This document shows, piece by piece, positions 11,569 through 22,477 of a stretch of 26,619 nt of DNA. The stretch lies in contig JAQGDQ010001755.1 of NCBI GenBank assembly GCA_030141605.1, positions 1-26,619 of the forward strand. Reading direction: 5' to 3'. The stretch is from Tubiluchus corallicola. Its lineage: Eukaryota > Animalia > Priapulida. The notes beneath the pieces are model-generated. The model did no database searches. It was not told the origin of the DNA and worked only from the letters and a program-made list of their open reading frames with translations. A program made the translations under genes and the position numbers. Numbering within the stretch: position 1 is the stretch's first letter; every line of letters starts with the position of its first letter.

Positions 11569-12398
11569 TGAACTGCTGGTGGCTCGTCGCCACCCGGGGG
11601 TGGTTCGGGCCTGCAGGTACGGAGGCAGAGCAGCCTAATAATGATTTCCACATAACCACAATTAAACAGAACTGAATTAAATAACGCTGAAGATTTAACT
11701 AAAAAGAGATTTAAATATTACAAGGCCTAAACTAACTGAAACAAGTTAAGGAAAGATAGAACAAAGAAATAGAGTGGAGAGACTGATACCTAACTTGCAA
11801 TATAGCGGGCAGTAGGAGAGCTCTAAGTCTGACGGAAGAAACACAGGCACAAGAACCACCAACTCTGCATAACCTGATTACCACTGTAATCAGGAGGTCA
11901 AGTGATCCAACGGCCATGCGTAGAGGAGTAAACCTTCCAAATAAGGAGTGGAGCCCCGAAGGCGGACCAGTGCAGCATGCTCACTGACTCCGGCAGCCAA
12001 CCTGGTGCCAAACGTATCGCTCCGCTTTCCTTTGGACTACACCAGGGAGGAAGAGAGTGGGTTTCTGTTGTCTGGGCAGCTCACGATCTCCATACACCTT
12101 GCCCAGGCGTGCACCCTGGAGAGGCAATTCCAGTGGTTCAAGGATCGGGACTGCTCAGCCACAGTTGACGCTGCAGCTCCATCAATGCGATCAATAACTG
12201 ACTCTCTTGGAGCACACTCCATTGTCTTCCGAGACAGAAGGATGCCAACAACAATTTGTAAAAGAATAATTTAAAAGACTTAAGTTTGAACTACTGGTTC
12301 TTCAGGGGTGACATGCAACACTAGTTTGGTAACTATGCCATACTTTGGAATAAAGGTTGAGGTTGTGCAGAGTGGGGCACTCATGCGCATGCGCTACA
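11569..12398. mobile_element. Candidate solo LTR inserted in an (AT)n tract, with a nested SINE fragment
   Basis: Segment begins TG (TGAACTGC) and ends CA (GCGCTACA), with (AT)n directly on both sides (ATAT flanks); no coding remnant. Confidence 0.5.
11892..12253 (+). mobile_element. 5'-truncated copy of the 5S-headed SINE
   Basis: Matches the reverse complement of 18069-18410 with small indels; ends GAAGGATGCCAACAACA. Confidence 0.88.
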
Positions 12399-12697
12399 AT
12401 ATATATATATATATATATATATAGCGGAACTGCCACCAATTTCACACACGTACAACAAAATACGAAGACAATAAGAACTAATTAATGTTTTCGCCACTAT
12501 TGAGTTAGTTTGGGCCTCGTTGTTGACAAAATACTATTTAAAGACGCGAAATATTTTACAATTCAGTCTTCTAATGTCGACTGCAAAGTCTTTATCAATT
12601 TTAATATCACATCCTAAATATTTTAAACTATTTTTCCACCTCAATAACATGGCACAAAACAAAATGAACTAAATAAGCAAGCGAACTAAAGAGTTAA

Positions 12698-13131
12698 CGG
12701 TATTCACTCATATCTCAGTTTCCCGGACACCGCTTTTATGGATTTCGGAAAATTCGGACGAATCTGGTCTGTTAAAATCCCGCATACTACGAACATAGTC
12801 CGCTGTTTCGCGAGTTGACCGCTAGATGGCGGGACGTCACTTTGTTTACATCATTGCGTCAGTGCAACCAAGCAGCGTGTAGCAGCACGTGTGTAGCTTG
12901 TATAGTGCACAAAATGACAAGTAAGACGACATAAAAATAGTAAACTGGCCACAGTTTTTATATACTTTTGCATAGGAGCAGCCCATCTAGACGTTTTTGA
13001 GACAATTAAGCGATTGATTCAACATCACCTTGAGTGTAATACACTCGCTTAGTATCGGTAAATACGGACAATGGGCAAATTCGGACCGATGTCCCCACTT
13101 TTGTCCGGCAAACCGAGATATGAGTGTACTG
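12698..13131 (-). mobile_element. MITE family B copy, inverted
   Basis: TIRs CGGTATTCACTCATATCTCAGTTTCCCGGACA and TGTCCGGCAAACCGAGATATGAGTGTACTG; body is the reverse complement of 6290-6775. Confidence 0.8.
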
Positions 13132-13143
13132 CATTTATCGTAC

Positions 13144-13187
13144 CTGGGTCCTATTGTCATACCCATATGTCTTCCCAGCCTGGGCCA
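13144..13187 (-). CDS. FAAH: FAAH-like amidase mini-exon (44 nt, phase 0/2)
   Basis: CTTTTCTGCTTTCAG|WPRLGRHMGMTIGP(R)|GTACGA; corresponds to the vertebrate LPRLSAFL segment. Confidence 0.85.
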
Positions 13188-13769
13188 CTGAAAGCAGAAA
13201 AGTTGATATGAGTAAAAAAACTGATTTTCATTTATTATTTTGTTAACTTAAAACATAGATATATCACCTTAGACATCATTACGACTCATTATGAAGATAT
13301 ATGATGTTGTATGCAGTAGAAGTATTTTAAACAGCCTATAGAAAGCCTTTTAAACAGACGTAATGAGAGTGTCAAAGTTTTAATGAATTACTGTGGTGCT
13401 ATACCTGCAAACTTTCTAATTCATTAACGAAAATTAATTTTTTAAAAGAAATTGAAAATCGATTAGTGTCCATATGATAAAACGATAGTTATTATCAGTT
13501 AAGAATAAAGCATCTTTAAGGTTTGGTAACGTGAATGTTGAAAACCTAGTTATTAATGTTTTTAATATGTTTTTACAAGATTATCTGTGAAGGATATGTG
13601 AAAATGAACGACATTTTTATGTACGATTATATACGATTGTTGACATTTTTATAAATTGTTTATTTTATGCATACTAATTGTTTTTTGTGTGTGTTTATGC
13701 TAACTTTTCCTTGTTGTATTTTGTGTATACGAATATATGTGCTGTATCTGTAATGGTACGATATAAAAT

Positions 13770-14074
13770 GACAACCACCGCCACCGACGACGACGACGAC
13801 GACAATGACAACCACAACGACAACAACAGCAACAACAGCAACAACAGCAACAGCAGCAACAGCAACAACAACAACAGCAGCAACAGCAACAACAGCAACA
13901 ACAACAACAACAGCAACAGCAACAACAACAACAAAGCAACAGCAACAGCAACAACAACAACAACAACAACTATATCATGATCATCACCATCAACGGCAAC
14001 AGAAACAACGACAACAACAACAACAACAACAACAACAACAGCAGCAGCAGCAGCAGTTGCAACAACAACGACAA

Positions 14075-14106
<32 letters not shown>

Positions 14107-14130
14107 ACAACAACAACAACAATAATAATA
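13770..14130. repeat. (CAA/CAG/CGA)n compound trinucleotide repeat
   Basis: Directly visible; intronic. Confidence 0.97.
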
Positions 14131-14182
14131 GAAGCTCTAGAAGCTCAACTAAAGCAGAACTCACACGTGAGTATGAACTTAC

Positions 14183-14285
14183 CCTTACTGAGATCAACCA
14201 TTGACTAAACCGACGTCTCCATTGTGACTGTGAGTAATACTTAATGTATGGAGCTATGCAAGGATCTATGATTGGGTCATTTCCA
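14183..14285 (-). CDS. FAAH: FAAH-like amidase exon (103 nt, phase 2/0)
   Basis: ATTATAG|T GGA... = GNDPIIDPCIAPYIKYYSQSQWRRRFSQWLISVR|GTAAGT; DPC motif at the expected position. Confidence 0.85.
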
Positions 14286-14474
14286 CTATAATGACAAATA
14301 AATGTAATAATGACAAGTATTTATGAAAACTCAAGCTGTGTGATCTTGCTTATTAAGATATTTTATTGAGATAAAATACCGAAAATGACCTTATGGAATT
14401 ACATTATGCATGGATGGTTATTCAGTTTGCAGATGTGAATTTAGTGAAACATTCATAGTCAAACTTGTGGTAAG

Positions 14475-14629
14475 TGGTGCTTGCCCTCGCTATGCTTATG
14501 GCTGCATGTGGTCAGTATCAGTTAAATGGTGCATGCCCTCGCTATGCTTATGGCTGCATGTGGTCAGTATCAGTTAAATGGTGCATGCCCTCGCTATGCT
14601 TATGGCTGCATGTGGTCAGTATCAGTTAA
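14475..14629. repeat. 52-bp tandem repeat, about 3 copies
   Basis: TGCCCTCGCTATGCTTATGGCTGCATGTGGTCAGTATCAGTTAA at 14482, 14534 and 14586. Confidence 0.95.
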
Positions 14630-15271
14630 CAGTTATGCTATATGACAAAGTGTTCATTAATTTTAATTTGTAACATAAAATAATTTTCACATCTTACTGA
14701 CTAATCCAGCTATGCAAGTATAACATATGCATGCGCTAGTAACTAACAACTGCTGCTATACAAGATTAATGCTTTAGATAAAATATAATAATTTAATTTA
14801 CCTTTACATTATAGTTTCATTTACATAGCTCACAGTACTAATCTAAGTAGAGTTTTGTTATTAAATAAGTAGAAGGATAGTAGACTCGATGACCTTTCAC
14901 TCTGTTCGCCACCCTGTCTTTCTTAGCAGTCACATCATTTGTTAATGCTATGTTGATTATGTCATTGAGGCAAATAAATTATTTTGTATTCTGTTTATTC
15001 AAAGTATGTCGCAAAAATCTTCCTTAAAGCAAAACCGGACCCAATCTTGAACGGTAGGTCAAAACAATCTTGCCTTTCTACTTAAGAGAGTTGCTGTATA
15101 ACGACTCATTATATACATATATAGATAGATAGATACATATATTATATATATATATACATATATTATATATTACTTATGTTATTAATTTACTTATGTCGAC
15201 AATAATTTACTAATTGCTAAAGCAGCACATTTGTTGTTCATTGAAATGTTTAACTAATCAAACATACATAC

Positions 15272-15372
15272 ACCAAATCATAAACTAAAGTTTGTTGATC
15301 TTCACCCGACCAACACCCCCACGCAAGATGAAAAGCGTACTCTCCTGTTCTTGGAGGTTCATATGGCACCAA
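15272..15372 (-). CDS. FAAH: FAAH-like amidase exon (101 nt, phase 0/2)
   Basis: CTCTTTCAG|LVPYEPPRTGEYAFHLAWGCWSGEDQQTLVYDL(V)|GTATGT; LVP[FY].P start as in FAAH. Confidence 0.87.
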
Positions 15373-15546
15373 CTGAAAGAGATGGAAAGGTTGTATACAG
15401 TCTTTTTACAAGTAACCAAGAATATTTAACAATATATAAGAAAAATTTACGTTTTTCTGCGTTCGCGTAACACTGATCGTCAGGTCATGTTATTAAGAAC
15501 TTTTTGTGTAATTTAGAACTATAGTAAAATAATTCGTTCTATTGGT

Positions 15547-15877
15547 TGTGTAAAGCTGATTATTGGTTTTTAGGGATGGCAAAACTATGAAGAGTCAGAT
15601 TATAAAACGACACGTTTATTAAACATCAAACACAATAAATATAACAGATAGCAATGCCAAGCCCCCTGACCTAGTCTGCTTTCCTTCAGCTCCCAGACTC
15701 AATTCCCATCACAAGGCTTACATATCGTGCGCCGAGCTTCGACGCATCAACGCCTACGCTACGGTTCTGAATCACTTGATCACGTGACACCACACCTTAC
15801 CTCGGCTTCATGCCAGCATTCATCAGCATAATTATCTATCATAATTATCTATCTAACGCTTTTAACATCGTTTAACA
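15547..15877 (-). mobile_element. Possible decayed solo LTR
   Basis: GC-richer island with TG...CA ends and an AATAAA on the minus strand near 15615-15622; no clean TSD. Confidence 0.25.
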
Positions 15878-17580
15878 CGTTCTCTTTTACTACTATTCTG
15901 GTTTTGAAAATGATACGTGTATGCTCCAAAACTATAGGTCAAAGTAATCTACTTTTAAAATATTGAAAGGAAACACACCATTATTTCAAAAATTAATTAC
16001 GTGAAACAATTATTACCACACAAACACAATTTCACGTTCGCGCCACTAGTTCTTCGCTGTTACATGCATTTCACCATTTGCTAGTTAGGCGGTCAGTAAC
16101 ACACACATTTCGGAAACGCATTGCACAAAATAACAGGTGCTGTAACTCTCAGTTTAGATGTGTTCCTTTGTGACATACTGTACACATTCGACAGCTCATG
16201 CGTGAGCACAGCAGTAAATTTAAAATTTGAGTTTTTATCTTAAAATTTGCCGAATTTTAGTACAACACACTGAATATCTAACAGTAGCATGTACTTCAGT
16301 TTTTGCTTTCACAAACACGTGCAACACATTCGTGAAACATTTTTGGTTTTAAAAAATATGTTAGTTTGTGATGTCGTCAATATTTGGGCTCGCCCGACGT
16401 TAATTAAGTTTTCAATCTATTATTTAATTATCACAAACGCTTTTGCAGTATTAATAGTGCTAAAATGTATAGTTTTTACTGTACTTGAAAATGGGGTATT
16501 ATACGAAAAGTCGTCCTGTCTTCCTTTAATCTATATATCCTATATGCAGTTGTGAGTTATGCCATTTTTATCCAACAGTTGAGAAATATTTTTTGGTTGG
16601 AAATGCTAACCATCAGTTTTATTTAGCAGTTATTCAATCAGTTGGACGCACAACACCATATTCTACCTCGTTCAGGACCGCAACATTCAAAAGAGGACTT
16701 ATAAGACCCATGACTCTTCCGCTACTGTATGAGCACAGACATAACTAATGATTACAAATTAGGTACTGTTCTATTCAGGAGAATATTAGCTGGTTTAAAC
16801 TATTATTTGCGATTTAATTGGATAATAATAGAAAAACACACCTTTTCAGGTGATCGAAATTAGCCTATCGAGTAGCTTAGTCTGGTGTACACTTGCGTGA
16901 TTGTACACACTATTTTATGTAAATAGTAATGTCATCCTGTTACTTGATCGTTTTCGTTTTCCCTTTTTTTTGTAATTCCCAAGTCGTGTGCTGTTGCTGA
17001 TCCCTGAAATTTGCATCCATTATACATAAAATATTGACAAGTACAGCATCTCATGGCTCTTTCATTGGTGTCTTCTAAAGGCAGATTGTTCCTTTTTGAT
17101 TTTGCTAAATAAACGTAACAAAATTTCTACACAGTTGAATGTCTGATTTTATCAACGACCAAAAACAAAAATTGAAGACGAGCCATATTAAAACACCAGC
17201 CAGCATTATCGCCCCTCCCACTTGTCTGTTCATGGCTTTTTAGTTCGTCGCTTCCAGAAAGCGCCTGTGTTGACCCGGAAAATATTATTTTGATAAAAGT
17301 ATACGTTCTACGCATTGCGTAAGCTTTTACAAATAGTAATTCTGCTGTCGTGGCCTAATGGCACTGAGTTAGCGTTGCCCCTCTGCCTAAACTTCATTTC
17401 ATTCATTTTCCGTCGCATTACTTTCTATTAACGGGAGTAAATCACATAGCTTTGTCATGCTCTTTTTGGCACTTACGGTTACTACGCATGCGAAGTTCTC
17501 GGGCGTTAGTACCTGTGTGAATCAAGTTGTATGCAACGGGAGGGTGGTTTCACTGATAACTGATGAAGCCACAAAGGATG

Positions 17581-17591
17581 TATTTATATAG
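17581..17591 (+). promoter_or_regulatory. Candidate TATA box of the neuropeptide gene
   Basis: TATTTATATAG about 55-60 bp upstream of the ATG at 17643. Confidence 0.45.
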
Positions 17592-17642
17592 CCGCTGTCT
17601 AAACGTAAAGAATATTAAGGTTTGTTTAACTCAAATGTTGCG

Positions 17643-17906
17643 ATGAAAAACAGGAAGCAGTGTTGCATATTTTACAGTCACGCGTTTTTATTTTTAATCT
17701 GTGTTTTTCTTCTCATGGAAGTCACAACCGCGAGAATGTTTTTTTCTGTCGGCTGGGGTCCGGCGGGATCTAAAAAGAACTATGCGACTCAGCAAAGAGA
17801 AAAAGAACGATTATTATTACAGTTGAAACAATTACTGGATAAAAACCTTAATTCGAAAAGAGAATTTGCGAGATCTTCCGGTTCTCACGACAGCCATGAA
17901 AGAGAG
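17643..17906 (+). CDS. Neuropeptide precursor exon 1 (GnRH/corazonin/AKH superfamily-like)
   Basis: Signal peptide MKNRKQCCIFYSHAFLFLICVFLLMEVTTA, immediately followed by RMFFSVGWGPAGS and dibasic KK; later KR site; donor GAG|GTAATG. Confidence 0.8.
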
Positions 17907-18068
17907 GTAATGTAGATATTAAACTATGCTTAAACACTTATTGTTCCAAGCACTTATAATTCTAACTTTGGAGAACATTCGCAATGAAAACAAGTTGCCC
18001 AAAATATAAAACGAACCGTTCAGCAGGTTCAATCATCCGACGTGTAACGTGTGGAATTTGGCCTAACT

Positions 18069-18598
18069 GTTGGCATCCTTCTGTCTCGGAAGACAATGGG
18101 GTGTGCGTCAAGAGAGTCAGTTATTGGTCACATTGATGGAGCTGCAGCGTCGACTGTGGCTGATCCTTGCCTCTCCAGGGCGCACGCCTGGGCAAGGTGT
18201 ATGGAGATCCTGAGTTGCCCAGACAACAGGAACCCCTCTCTTCCTCGCTGGTGTAGTCCAAAGGAAAGCGGAGCGATACGTTTGGCACCAGGTTGGCTGC
18301 AGGAGCTGCCGGAGTCAGTGAGCATGCTGCACTGGTCCGCCTTCGGGACTCCACTCCTGATTTGGAATGTTTACTCCTCTACACGTGGCCGTTGGGTCAC
18401 TTGACCTCCTCCGCCCTCTAGCCGTTGGCTGCTTGTGCAGCTCCTTCGCCTAGTGTCGAGATACAGGGTGGGCATCCCGCAAGCCTACAGCACCTGGTAT
18501 TCCTAGGCGCTCACCCATCCAAGTACTAACCAGGCTCTACGTTGCTTAACTTCGGTGATCAGACGAGAACCGGTGTTTTCACCGTGATATGGCCGTAG
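18069..18598 (-). mobile_element. Full-length 5S-rRNA-derived SINE (SINE3 type), 530 bp, with 11-bp TSD
   Basis: 5S head runs into a GC-rich body with no oligo-T terminator; TTGGCCTAACT duplicated at 18058-18068 and 18599-18609; second body copy at 11892-12253. Confidence 0.9.
18481..18598 (-). pseudogene. 5S rRNA-like head of the SINE
   Basis: CTACGGCCATATCACGGTGAAAACACCGGTTCTCGTCTGATCACCGAAGTTAAGCAACGTAGAGCCTGGTTAGTACTTGGATGGGTGAGCGCCTAGGAATACCAGGTGCTGTAGGCTT; box A (AGTTAAGC) and box C (TGGATGGG) retained. Confidence 0.93.
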
Positions 18599-19270
18599 TT
18601 GGCCTAACTACTCGTGTAGTAAGCTATTAAAATCAAGCAGTAGACCTACATTACTGACTATACCATTCGAATATAACATCTACGAATTTTCCAACGACCA
18701 GTTGAACTTAAGCACTCGCGCTGTAAAAACTACTCGAGCAAGTATCAAATAATTTAAAACGATGCTTATATACAAAAAGGATGTTTGAAGAGACGAAAAA
18801 GCCTACATATGCTAAAAACATTCAAAGTTACTGCATGTTGACACACTAAAATCAAGTACTGATGTTTTAATCTACCAAAACAGAACAGTAAAGGAACGAA
18901 ACGAACTGATTCGTACTGATAACCTGTTTGAATTATAACGTTTTAACTATCTTATTGTAATGGTAAAAATGTAACGTAAATGTATTAAAAAAATATTAAT
19001 TCCAGTTCTTACCCGCACAATCTTTATATTACACGTTTTCTTCCTTTTTCACTGCCTTTTTCTTCTGATTATGTCTGCAAGCTTACGTTTCAAATGCAAC
19101 ATGTTTTAAAGTCAGTAACATCTTCAATAATACGTCTTATTCACACCCTCGCACGCTACAATAGCATGTCATCGATATAATATAAAGAATCTACACACCC
19201 TGGTTAAATGTGTCTAACAAGGCTGCTGCCTACGACAATCGCAATTAATTTGGAATTGATTCTTTTTCAG

Positions 19271-19336
19271 AATTCCATTTTGGAAAAACTTTTGCGTCTT
19301 CTACGTCACACAGATGTAGGCGGGAACGGGATTTAA
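19271..19336 (+). CDS. Neuropeptide precursor exon 2 (predicted)
   Basis: TTCTTTTTCAG|NSILEKLLRLLRHTDVGGNGI*; phase 0 matches exon 1; amphipathic-helix-like associated peptide; total 109 aa. Confidence 0.65.
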   Translation, partial: NSILEKLLRLLRHTDVGGNGI

Positions 19337-22005
19337 CTAATACAAAGCACTGGACGAAGGATCAACAACAAACTGCTTGTGTTTTTCTTCATTGCTCTAT
19401 TAAGTGTAATGTAAATCATTTGACACCTTACACCCATAACAGGAGAGAGAAAAGTGTTACCAACTAGGACATGATCACAGACTTCAGGTTTAGAAGTGGT
19501 AAACACTTCTAAAAGACGCATATTATGGAAGCATATTAATAATGATGGGACAGAAACAACCAAATGCAACTTCCTTATTTCATATAAAGCCAAGAAATAA
19601 GCGAATCGTTGGATTACTGTATTTGCACTTGATAGTAACACTGTATACATAAGCCGTTCACACGTAAAACTGGTCTTCACATATCTGGCAATGCGATCGC
19701 CAGATAGAGATTTAATTATCGTTGCCTTATACACGTGCACGTGCCTTAGTTCACACTGGTTAAATCTCAAGCTGAAGAGTGCTGAAAAACAGTTACGGCT
19801 TATTACGCGAAGAGCAACCGTCCATGCATAATAAACCACTGCAGGGATGTTTTCTGAATCTAAACTACTGCTGTTTAGAGGATCGAACCCAAATTGTGAA
19901 GGTTGTTACTGTAGTACCATGTGTGTAGTATTATTTCTAGGTGATTTAGCGCCATATCTTTGCGTTCATACGCTGCCAAGCAACCGCAACTTTAGAATTT
20001 TTGATAACGCTAGAGTTTATTAGACTCCTACGAGTCAAAAAGAAGCGCTAGAATTTATTAAACTTTATTAGGATTTATGAAAATATTACTTGTCACTAAT
20101 TAATCTAAGTTCACTTGTCAGGTTATTCTTACTGTTTAGCGGTAACTAGTGACTAAGTCGCAAACTACATCATCTTGGCTCAAGCATAACTAAGAACATG
20201 TATTGGCTTGCCAGCATTATTAGCGCTTAACACAGTCCCATACAATTTATATTATTAGAGTTCATTTTTTTATGTCAAGATTAGCGTCGTGATGAAAAAC
20301 ACTTGGACTAGATTAAATGGATTTTTTTTATTGTTTTTCGTTTTCTCTAATTTCTCAAACAGATTGGAAAATAAATATAAAAGAAAAAGAAGAAAATGAA
20401 TCAGTTCTCTGTTCTTTTAATATCGTAATAATGGCTTGGAGTGCACATGAGAAGAGTGAGATGTATAATAATATTGTTTGTGAGTGCAAATTATTAATAA
20501 AATATTTTTATTGTATTTGTAACTTTGACACGAGCGCCCAAATTAAACACTGATCAAATGAATCAAACCTACATAGACGGAGGAACTAAATTTCCGGGAG
20601 GCAATTAAAAACGCTACACCGGTGAATTATTTTTCTCTTCTCAACTGTGCATTAGTATTACTTTAAGAATTAGTAACTTATGTAACCGATAACCCATTTT
20701 GCCATAAGATAAATATAAAAGAACCAAACTACGAGTTACTGTTCAACGTGCAGTGGAACATGTGTCATAAAAACTTACATGTGGCTCTTTTCTGTTTCTC
20801 TAAGAAAGTAACTGTTATATTCTTAGCAAAGAAAGCTAATAGTATTACTTTCTAAAAACAAGTTATGCCCGCATAATTACTTTCCTGATGTTAGCCTTAA
20901 CAAATCGATCAACCAATAATAAATGGACGACTCAATGCAGTCACCGCTGCTCTCATCTTACCTCTTTTAACAGATTACCATGTGTTTTTGTCAATCAGTA
21001 TTGACATTGCTGGCAGCCAACAATGATTTGCTCATCGAAGGTCTGCAGTGCATTTACCTTTTTACCTCCATTTTAATGAAAAATGCTCGAATGACATCTC
21101 AACAGTGGTTCCAACACACCCGTACTTCGTCAGAAGTTATGTACCGTGCAAATGGTTCCTGCTGCTGCTGCTGCTTTTCGTATTAGAGTTTTTCACCTCA
21201 ACAACTTCATTCATTTCAAGAGAGATGTTAACAGATACGTCATACAACTAGCAATTATTAACTATAATTCTGTTTTTGTAGACCTGTTCATATTTCCATC
21301 TTTCTATTGTGCCCTATGCCGAGTGGTCTTCTTTCGACGATTTGCATAAAACAGACTTAAAAAATGACTTTTTTAGCCTGTTAAACCGCTACTAATTTAT
21401 TACAAATTGAACTTCACACATGCAGTCCAATGATCTGTAAGGATAATGTTTTTCTTTATTTTTGCAGATTTATTAATGCTTATTTTTACTTCATCAGTGG
21501 TCACTTTTGTTTCGTATGTAATTTGTCGACTGGTACCTGCATTAAAATTTCTGCACTAAAAATGAGTCTGCTGCTTTTTTGCTGTAACGAGTCATATTTA
21601 CACATTACATGAGACATGTACATGGACTTTTGCTATTCTTTTTGTTAACTTAACAAATTCAAATTTAGAATGAAAAAACAAGTAGCTAAGTAAGCGATGA
21701 TGGTTTAGCATTTCGCACATTTTCACTTGTGGATATATAAACACTTAGAGACTGAGTTATATACAGTTTGAAAGCGCCTGCCCTGCCACCTATACTCGAA
21801 TACTAGGAATTAAGGTAAAACGTCTTACTCAATATACCCTGTGTATTATTGCCATGTAAGCCGATTTGACCGATGTAATTGTAATTCTTTTGTGCTCACC
21901 TAAGAGGGTTACATTCGCTGCCGTGACGAATAGATATAACATAAAATAAAAAAACATGTGTTGTCCTTTAAGTTTTGCAAAAAAAGTTTAAACTGGGAAC
22001 TTCAC

Positions 22006-22131
22006 CTCATGTCCAGCTTTTTCTAGTTCGTCCGTCGCTATGGCAACGGCTCGACGACACGAAGGTGCTGGGAGAACGTAACCGTCAAAATCATAATAAC
22101 CAATTCTTAATGACTTCGTGTCTTTATATAC
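22006..22131 (-). CDS. FAAH: FAAH-like amidase exon (126 nt, phase 0/0)
   Basis: TCTTTTTAG|VYKDTKSLRIGYYDFDGYVLPAPSCRRAVAIATDELEKAGHE|GTGAAG; hallmark LR.GYY..D...P.P..RRAV......LE.AGH. Confidence 0.95.
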
Positions 22132-22361
22132 CTAAAAAGATCACAAAAGCACGTAAGTTTGTGTACGTCGTGAACACGAATATAAAGTCTGGTATCATGT
22201 GAAGAACTTGACTTTAATTTCTTTCTTTCTGCTCAGGTAATAAGGGGGACGGTTGTATTAAGGATGTGGAAATTGTAATTGTATATTTTTAGGTGCTGCC
22301 ATCTATGAACTAATCCTTTTACATTTAACTAGCTAAACTCACCCCCAGTATAATTGTACGG

Positions 22362-22387
22362 TCCAGTGAATATGCATATTCACTGGA
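22362..22387. repeat. Perfect 26-bp palindrome upstream of the satellite array
   Basis: TCCAGTGAATATGCATATTCACTGGA. Confidence 0.95.
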
Positions 22388-22477
22388 TCTCTCCCTATTT
22401 TACAGTAATGGTTTTTGTGAAGCCAAGTTTGCATAATCACCTATACCTATATATACTGACTGGATTTAATTTCTAGT

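Noticed and set aside
15806-15826. Hammerhead-like core on the minus strand (CTGATGA-ATGCTGGCAT-GAAG)
   Set aside because: GAAG instead of GAAA, and I could not find stems I and III.
18481-18598. Functional 5S rRNA gene
   Set aside because: No oligo-T terminator, first bases altered, single copy, and enclosed with the SINE body by a TSD.
19333-19839. 168-aa minus-strand ORF
   Set aside because: Non-ATG start, no recognisable motif, antisense to the probable neuropeptide 3' UTR.
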